Shown: positions 1-6,646 of the stretch, piece after piece | Layout: the number at the start of each line of letters is the position of its first letter | Position numbering within the stretch: position 1 is the stretch's first letter | Made by a program: the position numbers and the translations under genes | The notes under the pieces: model-generated | Database searches by the model: none | The model's input: only the letters and a program-made list of their open reading frames with translations | Told to the model about the DNA's origin: nothing | Source: Thermoproteota archaeon | GTDB lineage: Archaea > Thermoproteota > Thermoprotei > Gearchaeales > Gearchaeaceae | Length of the DNA stretch: 12,157 nt | Assembly (NCBI GenBank): GCA_032249235.1 | Contig: JAVVGF010000012.1 | Coordinates: 1 to 12,157, forward strand | Direction of reading: 5' to 3'

Positions 1-62
1 TCAAATTCTTTCTCGAAATCGTAAAGATCAATTCTCCTTTCCTTAGGACTTATATCAAACAG
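1..62 (-). CDS. 5' end of an archaeal ATPase (AAA/ATPase_2-type ATP-binding protein); runs off the window, start codon apparently defective
   Basis: The minus strand from 62 reads LFDISPKERRIDLYDFEKEF, matching the 'MLFDxxPKxxxxDLxDxExE' N-terminus typical of crenarchaeal ATPases. The preceding in-frame codon (65-63) is TAG where TTG would be expected, 5 nt downstream of a GGGGTAGG SD-like sequence (78-71). Confidence 0.6.
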   Translation of the reverse strand, partial: MFDISPKERRIDLYDFEKEF

Positions 63-72
63 CTAACTTACC

Positions 73-102
73 TACCCCAAGTTTACTTGGGGTACCCCAA
101 GT
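73..102. promoter_or_regulatory. Triple TACCCCAAGT motif forming nested inverted repeats; candidate operator upstream of the ATPase
   Basis: TACCCCAAGT at 73-82, its exact reverse complement ACTTGGGGTA at 85-94, and TACCCCAAGT again at 93-102. Positions 85-102 are a perfect 18-bp palindrome. The structure is seen directly; operator function is inferred. Confidence 0.7.
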
Positions 103-302
103 CTATATTCCTTTTTCTGTTACTCGTTTTTCTACCAAGATTATTCTTTAGTTATTATGCATAATACTATAAACTGAGACAATCGTCTTAGGTATTATTG
201 TTTCTCTTGCAGTATCATGAAATTCTTTTAATTTTGAAACGATGCTTAACAAATATATAATCTTTCTTTGTATATTCTAAAGCGGCCTGATCTGTTAACA
301 CG

Positions 303-683
303 TTAATTATATGCATAAAGCTCAAAAGAACTATAATTCTTACCCACAATTATTTTGTTCGTTGAAGGATCGAGCTTAATATCGTAAAACTCCATAACCT
401 TAACTCCTATAATGAGTTCCTCAGCTAATTCATCAATTACATAAGCTATGTCATCTATAGGTGAACCTTCAAGAACCATAGAAATTGGGATGTAGCCTAA
501 CACACTCAACTTCGTCTTTCCATCAGCCAAAGTAACTTCTTTAACATATGTTGGAAGGATATGACCAATTTTTTCAGCAACATCTTTTCTTATAACAGTG
601 AAAGATGCTCCTGTATCGAAGAGCGCCTTTACGATTAATTCGCCCTTAGAACTTTTTATCTTCAATGCTCCATAAATCCTCAA
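303..683 (-). CDS. Retropepsin-like (clan AA) aspartyl protease, single domain
   Basis: 126 aa; catalytic ALFDTGAS motif, flap-like VTLADG, and LIIG..M motif. GGTGA SD at 694-690 upstream of the TTG start. Confidence 0.9.
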   Translation of the reverse strand: MRIYGALKIKSSKGELIVKALFDTGASFTVIRKDVAEKIGHILPTYVKEVTLADGKTKLSVLGYIPISMVLEGSPIDDIAYVIDELAEELIIGVKVMEFYDIKLDPSTNKIIVGKNYSSFELYAYN

Positions 684-879
684 ATTCCTTCACCAAAACT
701 AATTAAACTTTTCCACTTATTCAATTTATCGAAACTTAACTTATATACAAAAATCATCTAGATTTAATTTAAGCCCAGAGAAGATAGAATTGCAACAAGG
801 AGTTGTGAAGATCTCATGCTATGTAGAAGACATTCTAAAATGAATATATGAGCTATGCCTGATTTCCTGATTGGAAAGT

Positions 880-915
880 TTAGTATATGAGGAACTCAGC
901 ATCAAGGAACATCAT
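880..915 (-). pseudogene. vapC: Truncated vapC (PIN toxin) remnant, cognate to the 902..1159 antitoxin
   Basis: Overlaps the antitoxin 3' end by 14 bp and reads MMFLDAEFLIY*, like the PIN start 'MIFLDANFLIYLN'. Restoring one base gives ...IYLN; no recognisable PIN sequence follows. Confidence 0.7.
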
Positions 916-1159
916 CAAACTCCTCCAGATCAACTTCAGATAGTTCTCCAAGGGAAGCTTGTTTTGCCTTCAATCTTTTACTTCTGAATTTTATCCAATC
1001 CAGAGTTTCATCAATACTCGGAGCTCTAGTTATAACAAGTTCCTTATCTCTTAGTTCGATAAAAACATAATCATTTTCTCTGATCTTATATTTCTCACGC
1101 AAACTCTTCGGTATGATTATCTGTCCTTTGGGTCCAACTTTAAGCCTTAGTTTCACCAT
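902..1159 (-). CDS. vapB: AbrB/MazE/SpoVT-family antitoxin (VapB-type), now orphan
   Basis: 85 aa; KVGPKGQIIIPKSLREKYKI swapped-hairpin motif and acidic C-terminal tail. Confidence 0.9.
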   Translation of the reverse strand: MVKLRLKVGPKGQIIIPKSLREKYKIRENDYVFIELRDKELVITRAPSIDETLDWIKFRSKRLKAKQASLGELSEVDLEEFDDVP

Positions 1160-1263
1160 AAGTTATACAATTAATACTGCTGATATTTAGGTTTAAATTA
1201 TTTTTCTAGCAATATTAATACTTTTCTTAATTTTCCTACTAATTAATGGCACAAATTGGTTAA

Positions 1264-1370
1264 TTAGTATTCATTAAAGAAGCTTCTTATTCTTTCAACG
1301 AACTTTTAACATCCTCTATAGCATATATGACATCTCTTGGAGGCATACAATTCTCATAGAAAGTTTTTTG
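1264..1370 (-). pseudogene. C-terminal remnant of a PaREP1/HEPN-like protein
   Basis: Reads QKTFYENCMPPRDVIYAIEDVK and then, after a 1-nt shift in the T run at 1304-1307, KFVERIRSFFNEY*. This resembles the 'HxNFYENWxPP..V...IEDVKKFVE' PaREP1 C-terminus. The 5' part is absent. Confidence 0.55.
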
Positions 1371-1644
1371 ATTTAATAAGATAAATTCTGAGTATGGGTT
1401 TTATATCGCATGAATTCAATAATATCATCATAGCATCTAAAAATTGTGAAGATTAAGGAACTTTTGAAAAGTATTCTGGGCTAATTCGAGTATCTTTGAT
1501 TATTATCAACTTGATTTTTTATATATTATGTAAACTTAAGAGATTTGATTAATTAGGAGTTATTTTGAAATCAAACTGATCAAATTTTTTTGTAATATTA
1601 GAAATGATTTTTTGCTTTTATTAACTTAAGAATATTACATAATT

Positions 1645-2045
1645 TTAAAAACTTTTGATATCTCTAGATCTAGCTCCTATTCTTTCCATATCTGCATCGT
1701 TACTTATTATTTCACAGTTGTTCTTCAGTGCACAATAAAAATGAATAGAATCTTCAAAATCTAGATTGAATTTCCTTGAGACATTATAAATTTCAATAAG
1801 TTCGTTAGGCTCTATATGTACAAATATAACATTTAAATTCTCTAAGGCCACAGCAATCTTTTTCATAACCTCTCTAGGATCCTCCTTTGATAAGTATGAT
1901 ATTATTATAATAAGCTGATAAAAAGTTATTTCTGAAGTATAGATTTCTTCAGTCGTATTAAACAATGTTCAGCCCTATCTGCAAAATCAGGATGATCGGT
2001 TAGGTAATATACGAATACATTCACGTCAAAATATCTTTTAACCAT
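1645..2045 (-). pseudogene. vapC: Frameshifted vapC PIN-domain toxin
   Basis: The true start ATG at 2045 (25-bp overlap with the antitoxin) gives MVKRYFDVNVFVYYLTDHPDFADRAEH. One base is missing at about 1964 (CAT TG TTT), and the gene continues in the 1645..1965 frame: FNTTEEIYTSEIT...LDFEDSIH...IISNDADM. Confidence 0.85.
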
Positions 2046-2290
2046 GCTTTACTTCGTTCTTTCAAGGCTTCTTCCAAAATTTCATCCACATCTTTTGATA
2101 TGTTCCAATTTACTTTGAAAATTCCTCTATAATTAAGATTTTTTAAAACCGGTCTTATCTCTATAACATTATTCTTCACTATAATCTTAACCTTACCATG
2201 AATATTCATTTTATCCCTTATTTCTTTAGGTATAACAATTCTGCCTTTTTTGTCAACTTTAACTAAATAATATTTCTCCATTAGTTCCAC
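2021..2290 (-). CDS. vapB: AbrB/MazE/SpoVT-family antitoxin (VapB-type); probable real start ATG at 2281
   Basis: VKVDKKGRIVIPKEIRDKMNI motif; overlaps the downstream PIN gene start. Confidence 0.9.
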   Translation of the reverse strand: MELMEKYYLVKVDKKGRIVIPKEIRDKMNIHGKVKIIVKNNVIEIRPVLKNLNYRGIFKVNWNISKDVDEILEEALKERSKAWLKDILT

Positions 2291-2516
2291 TTAATTTCCC
2301 ACATATAAAAAATTAATGATAAATCTTTATTTTTGCTTCAAACTAAAAGGCTAGCATTTCTTATAAATATGGAAAATTAGCAACTTTATTTAAAGAATTT
2401 AGAAATTGGATTAAGTTATAGTTGAGATTTTAGCTATTTTCAAGTTAGTTCATGTATTGGAGTTTCTTTTCAGCGGACTTCGGAAGGATCCAGCTCTTAA
2501 TGCTAGTTTAACTTAA

Positions 2517-2954
2517 TCAAACTAGAGGATTTGAAGCTTTAAGAAAGTTGTAGTGCTTGAAGTCTTCAAGGTTTTCAGTATAAATTTCTTTGATGTTGTT
2601 TTCATTAGCAGTAACAGCTAATACACAATCGAAAATTTCTCCTCCAGACAACTTTAACTGCTTAATTAGCTTAAAAACTTTTAGGGGCGTGGCTGTTGTT
2701 GGGTTTATTTTTTCAATCTCACTACATTCCCATAGATCTAGACATATGTCAGCGGCCTCATTTGCTGAAAGGGGATATTCTACTCTCTTTGGATTTGTGA
2801 CCACAGCAAAGAACTCATATAGTATTTGAGGAGCAATGCATACTTCGATTTCTCTGCGTAAAGCTCTCCTAATAATATCTGAGGCTTTTCTGTGAAGCGG
2901 AGAGGCTCTATTATATGCATGAACGAGAATGTTGGTGTCAAGCAATATTTTCAT
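2517..2954 (-). CDS. vapC: VapC PIN-domain ribonuclease toxin, intact
   Basis: 145 aa; acidic PIN residues in ILLDTNILV, QILYEF, IFDCVL and YTENLEDF; 17-bp overlap with the upstream antitoxin. Confidence 0.92.
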   Translation of the reverse strand: MKILLDTNILVHAYNRASPLHRKASDIIRRALRREIEVCIAPQILYEFFAVVTNPKRVEYPLSANEAADICLDLWECSEIEKINPTTATPLKVFKLIKQLKLSGGEIFDCVLAVTANENNIKEIYTENLEDFKHYNFLKASNPLV

Positions 2955-3180
2955 AAATTTCTCTCCTCGTAATTCGTCCTTTTAACTTACCAAGATTTGG
3001 AGGATTATTGATCTTTTCTAAAACCCTCTTGCCAGCTTCGCTTCCACGTATCAAAATTAGTTGTGCTACTCCTTTATCAAGAACCTTTATGTATAATCTA
3101 TCACCGTCAACAAGTCCTAAACTTTCCCGTACTGCACGAGGAATGTATATTTTATTCTTATAATATGTGGTTTCAGCCAT
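2938..3180 (-). CDS. vapB: AbrB-like antitoxin (VapB-type)
   Basis: 80 aa; KIYIPRAVRESLGLVDGDRL AbrB-like motif, C-terminal ITRREIYE; directly upstream of a PIN gene. Confidence 0.85.
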   Translation of the reverse strand: MAETTYYKNKIYIPRAVRESLGLVDGDRLYIKVLDKGVAQLILIRGSEAGKRVLEKINNPPNLGKLKGRITRREIYENIA

Positions 3181-3189
3181 AATACCATA

Positions 3190-3220
3190 TTACCCAATTA
3201 TTTGGGTAAATATAAACTTT
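3190..3220 (-). promoter_or_regulatory. Promoter (BRE/TATA) with palindromic operator for the 2517..3180 vapBC pair
   Basis: TTACCCAA (3190-3197)-N4-TTGGGTAA (3202-3209) is a perfect inverted repeat lying between a minus-strand AAAGTTTATA box (3220-3211) and the ATG at 3180. Confidence 0.75.
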
Positions 3221-3709
3221 TATGTCGAACGATTGAACTTGGCATCTTGGACTTGTTAAGTTCCTTATTCTCAAAGACCTTTAGAGAATTTGTATAGTAA
3301 AAGCCTAATAGGGCTTAAGTTACCATATTCGGCCAGTAGAATTTTTCCTTAAAACTCTTACCCACAAGCCATCTTCAATATTTCAACAAATAACTCGAAC
3401 ATTGCAACATTACAAAAAGAAAATCTCGCCAGGATGTAAAGATTTAATTTTAAAATATCTTTCACAAAAATAATGTCTCCTACTAATACACCGAGAAATT
3501 CTTTGTAAGATTTCATTGCGATATATGCTTTAGCGCAAATAATGCTAAGAAGAAAAAATTCGTATAAAACTGAAAAAGAAGGTATTATAACAGACTTTAA
3601 CATATTTAAAAAGAGTTTTCATGAATTAAAAACTAATTAAAAATAAAAATTTTTGAATTTTAACTCATTACAACTATCATTTTATAAATTATTAAAAAAT
3701 TAATTCTAT

Positions 3710-4102
3710 TTATATAAGTTTCATGAAATCTTTTAACGAAATAGCATTAGTCTTTCTTATTAGTTCCTTATCATTGGACACCAAAATAAGTCCTAAGGAT
3801 TCTGCAACGTGTGCGTAAGATGCATCATAATAAGTTAAACCTTTTTCTGCAGCAATTTTCATCACACCATCCATAGGAGGATCTTCTACTACGTTAAGCT
3901 TTCTCATAAACTTGTTAAAAAGTACAGCAAGGGTTATCGGGTTTTTAACCTTTTTATGCAAATAATACTCCTTCCATATAACGTTGCCTACCTCATAAAA
4001 GGTTAGAGTAAGTATATGAATTTTTCTCAAGTCTACTTTATCTACGTAATCTATGAGTGAATATAGAGCTGAAGCGTCAAATAGAAATTCTTTATCTTTC
4101 AT
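3710..4102 (-). CDS. vapC: VapC PIN-domain toxin, intact
   Basis: 130 aa; FLFDASAL, LTFYEVGNVIWK, LTYYDASY and LVSNDKEL motifs; 11-bp overlap with the antitoxin. Confidence 0.92.
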   Translation of the reverse strand: MKDKEFLFDASALYSLIDYVDKVDLRKIHILTLTFYEVGNVIWKEYYLHKKVKNPITLAVLFNKFMRKLNVVEDPPMDGVMKIAAEKGLTYYDASYAHVAESLGLILVSNDKELIRKTNAISLKDFMKLI

Positions 4103-4316
4103 CTCTACTTTCCCTAACGGCTCTAACCCAATCTTCTTCGCTCACATCTTTCATCAATTCTTTGATTTTCATAGCTATCCCTTTAATTTCTTCTTTTTCC
4201 TTTTCTTTTATCGCATTTTCTAAAGCTTTTTCCACAACCTCTCTGATATTGATTCCTAATTCCTTAGCTTTCTTCTTCAGCTCTTTATTTACTCTAACGC
4301 TTAACACATCTGACAT
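4092..4316 (-). CDS. vapB: Ribbon-helix-helix (CcdA/VapB-like) antitoxin
   Basis: 74 aa; VLSVRVNKELKKKAKELGINIREVVEKAL RHH pattern and C-terminal WVRAVRESRDER typical of archaeal VapB. Confidence 0.9.
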   Translation of the reverse strand: MSDVLSVRVNKELKKKAKELGINIREVVEKALENAIKEKEKEEIKGIAMKIKELMKDVSEEDWVRAVRESRDER

Positions 4317-4320
4317 AATT

Positions 4321-4358
4321 ATGTATACGCAATATTCGTATATATAGTTTTCGTATAC
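4321..4358. promoter_or_regulatory. Operator half-sites overlapping the TATA box of the 3710..4316 vapBC pair
   Basis: TATACG (4324-4329)-N7-CGTATA (4337-4342), plus a third half-site CGTATAC (4352-4358). A minus-strand AAAACTATATA TATA-like element lies at 4351-4341. Confidence 0.65.
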
Positions 4359-4391
4359 ACCTTTATCATGTTATCATCATGCTATTTGTAT

Positions 4392-4766
4392 ATGATTCGG
4401 GTTATCTTTTAGATATGTTGACAAGAAGGAATTATGTTTCATTTTAAAAAATGACGTTGTCTACTCTACTATTAATCCACGTGGAACTTATTTGACTACC
4501 TTATTAACAGATGATCCTTTAATTGCAAGCAATCTATTAGCTATCAGGAAAACTGAGCTTTTTAGAATAGGAGGCCTTAGATTAGCAGATGTTGATCCGA
4601 GACATATAAAATATACAGGAATCGTAAAACCGTCTCTTGGTTTTCCTGGAGGTGCAATTGAGATTTTAATAGATATACATTACCTATTTTGACGATTTAC
4701 GATTTGATTAACAAGCAACCTATCTCAGCCGAGATGTCAGAAATTATTACTCAATCAGCAAATTAA
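4392..4766 (+). pseudogene. Doubly frameshifted ART-fold/Ntox10/TNT-like toxin-domain gene
   Basis: Reconstruction: MIRVIF (ATG 4392; extra T in 4407-4410), then RYVDKKELCFILKNDVVYSTINPRGTYLTTLLTDDPLIASNLLAIRKTELFRIGGLRLADVDPRHIKYTGIVKPSLGFPGGAIEILIDI, then after a 1-nt shift at about 4679 LPILTIYDLINKQPIS...* (4766). Diagnostic-looking motifs are FRY..EL..I, GTY.T and G.V.P..GFPGGA.E. Confidence 0.55.
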
Positions 4767-4897
4767 AATGCTAACATGAATTAAGCTACAATTAGCACTC
4801 GTTTTCAAAACACGTGAAGATAAATTGGGGAACAAAACACAGAATAGATTGTTTATGGACTATATTTAGGGCATGAATGTTAGCGAAATTCTAAGAT

Positions 4898-5344
4898 TTA
4901 ACCCAAATACTCGCTTTTTAAATTCTCCTTTAATGCTATTTCATGAAGAGAAACATCTGCAGTATAGAATCTCTCCGAATTTACATGTTTAGCGGAAAGT
5001 AATTGTAATGCATCAGCTTGATAAATATGATATTTTTCTATCAAACTCCACGATTGTTTAAGAAGGCCTGTACTTACAGGAATCACCTTTATGAGCCTCA
5101 ACTTTATAAATCTGAGCGTTTCACCTAAAAACTGAACCCTTGCTTTTAAATAGTTTTCATCATCTAGCCATCGCCTTCTACGATATTTATCTAGAACACC
5201 CAGCACTTCACCAATGTTCCAAACAGAAAACGATAATAGCACATTTCCACTGAGCGCTTTCTCATATATTTCATTAATTAACTCACTTCCTGACTCTCTA
5301 ACATAACGTTTAATAATTGCGCTAGTGTCTAGATAAACCAGCAC
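4898..5344 (-). CDS. vapC: VapC PIN-domain toxin, intact
   Basis: 148 aa; VYLDTSAIIKRYVRE.GS, SVWNIGEV, YQADALQL and FYTAD..L motifs; starts 2 bp after the antitoxin stop. Confidence 0.92.
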   Translation of the reverse strand: MLVYLDTSAIIKRYVRESGSELINEIYEKALSGNVLLSFSVWNIGEVLGVLDKYRRRRWLDDENYLKARVQFLGETLRFIKLRLIKVIPVSTGLLKQSWSLIEKYHIYQADALQLLSAKHVNSERFYTADVSLHEIALKENLKSEYLG

Positions 5345-5346
5345 CT

Positions 5347-5616
5347 TTAAAACCTAGAGTCTCTAAGCTCCCTCACAACTTTTCCTGCATCTGTTTTCGT
5401 TGCGGGTTCAACTGGGGTTATTGCTAAAGGAGTTTTCTCAGAACCTAGCAATCCTTCAAGAGCTTCTACTATCAAATCTTCACAAAGCTTTTCTTCTATA
5501 GCTTCTTCAACAGCTTTGCTAAGTCCTTTTAAGCCTTTTTCTCCTACAATTTTGGTCTTGAATCTATCCCATAAATCTTTATCAATAACTATGCTTGTCT
5601 TTATCTTCTTAGTCAT
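5347..5616 (-). CDS. vapB: Ribbon-helix-helix/CopG-type antitoxin
   Basis: 89 aa; KIKTSIVIDKDLWDRFK...LSKAVEEAIEE RHH pattern and C-terminal AGKVVRELRDSR; upstream of a PIN gene. Confidence 0.85.
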   Translation of the reverse strand: MTKKIKTSIVIDKDLWDRFKTKIVGEKGLKGLSKAVEEAIEEKLCEDLIVEALEGLLGSEKTPLAITPVEPATKTDAGKVVRELRDSRF

Positions 5617-5639
5617 ACTACAGTCCCTAAATAATCTAT

Positions 5640-5653
5640 AGAGTAAAAGAGTA
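5640..5653. promoter_or_regulatory. Short direct repeat, candidate RHH operator
   Basis: AGAGTA at 5640-5645 and 5648-5653 (8-bp period), 24-37 bp upstream of the ATG at 5616. Short enough to be chance. Confidence 0.35.
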
Positions 5654-5911
5654 TATGAAGTTTTACTTGTTATAAGAGAAAGATGCCCTTTAGGACGGAG
5701 ATCTAAAGATTTGGTATTTAAAAATTTTGAAATGAACGTATATTAGAAGGGAGCAGTATTTTATCCCAATTTACGGCAGATGAAGCTCATGTGTTAACCT
5801 AATTTATATATGAGTGAAAAAGCCTTACAGGGGAATAAAACCTATGAAATACTGTTGAGTTGCGCACAAAATCGAAGAGAAATTGGTAAACTACATTCAG
5901 CAATTTTGCGG

Positions 5912-6217
5912 TCATATCGCTCCTATTAGTCTAAGAAGAATTGGAATCACGGTTGCACCCCATATCGTTAACACGACTCCTATAGTCCACTTAAAGTTGC
6001 TATGCATCTCATCTCTTAACTCTGCTATCTCTCTCCTTAACTGTGTCATTTCGCTTCTAAGTTCCTTTACGTCCTCTTTTGTTGCTACATTTGGAAAAAG
6101 TGAATTTATAATAAAAAGCCTCACATCCGGCTCAGACATTATCAGCTCTGCAAGCCTCATCTTCAGCTTCTTGTCTGCTCCTATCTCCTCTAGCACTTTC
6201 TCACCAATTGACTGCAT
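5912..6217 (-). CDS. Small coiled-coil protein with C-terminal membrane anchor (crenarchaeal PaREP15/DUF1640-like)
   Basis: 101 aa; RLAELIMSEPDVRL head, VATKEDV motif, heptads (LRSEMTQLRREIAELRDEM), hydrophobic tail WTIGVVLTIWGATVIPILL. GAGGGGT SD upstream. Confidence 0.75.
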   Translation of the reverse strand: MQSIGEKVLEEIGADKKLKMRLAELIMSEPDVRLFIINSLFPNVATKEDVKELRSEMTQLRREIAELRDEMHSNFKWTIGVVLTIWGATVIPILLRLIGAI

Positions 6218-6469
6218 TTAAGACCCCTCTAATTAAAATATATAAAAATAATATAAAAATACAAACAAAAATATTACGTAAGAGAATACGCGAAAAATAG
6301 TTTAAAAGAGGCTTAGCACAATACTACTAATAGAGTGATGATTTTAAATAGAGAGCATAGCGTGGTTATTAAGCTACAAATTTTATGGGACTGTAATATT
6401 ACTTGGGAAAATTTAAATCGTAAGGTAAAAAGTATACTATTTTTTACTGCAAATACGACACAATGTTAA

Positions 6470-6559
6470 TTATTTAATAAGAATGATTCCTGTACCAAAT
6501 GCATCTTGATTTCTATCTTTAACTATTTCCAAATGTTCATATTTTTCTTTAATTTCTGA
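6470..6559 (-). pseudogene. C-terminal remnant of a class I SAM methyltransferase (Methyltransf_24-like)
   Basis: Reads SEIKEKYEHLEIVKDRNQDAFGTGIILIK*, resembling the 'W.EIK.KY...EIV.D.NQ...GIG(V/I)I' ending of these enzymes; no start. Confidence 0.5.
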
Positions 6560-6646
6560 GATTTAAATATTCGTTATTTAAATAAATTGGTAGGAACAAG
6601 CTAGTAAATTATCAATTTCTTCTTAGATATTCTAAATAAAATAACT

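Noticed and set aside
153-166. Perfect 14-bp palindrome TATTATGCATAATA
   Set aside because: AT-rich, single copy, not clearly tied to a promoter; plausible by chance.
711-719. TTCCACTTA shared between the protease upstream region and 2285-2293
   Set aside because: A single 9-mer match in 12 kb of AT-rich DNA is not significant evidence of co-regulation.
855-878. Plus-strand MPDFLIGK resembling the PIN 'PDFLIGAHA' motif
   Set aside because: Too short, preceded by an in-frame stop, and without other PIN motifs.
1645-1965. ORF-track calls 1645..1965, 8829..9029, 9005..9343 and 4492..4692 as independent genes
   Set aside because: They are fragments of longer frameshifted genes and were merged into pseudogene features.
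3358-3603. 81-aa hydrophobic minus-strand ORF
   Set aside because: No family motif or clear SD; F/I/L richness is expected from AT-rich spacer DNA.
5685-5700. GCCCTTTAGGACGGAG resembling a crenarchaeal IS200/IS605 end motif
   Set aside because: Short, imperfect match with no tnpA/tnpB remnant or second end nearby.
684-6646. Integron-like cassette array with attC-type or other shared repeats between modules
   Set aside because: No recurrent repeat was found by eye in the spacers, no integrase is present, and the modules appear to have their own promoters. A motif search would be needed to exclude degenerate sites.
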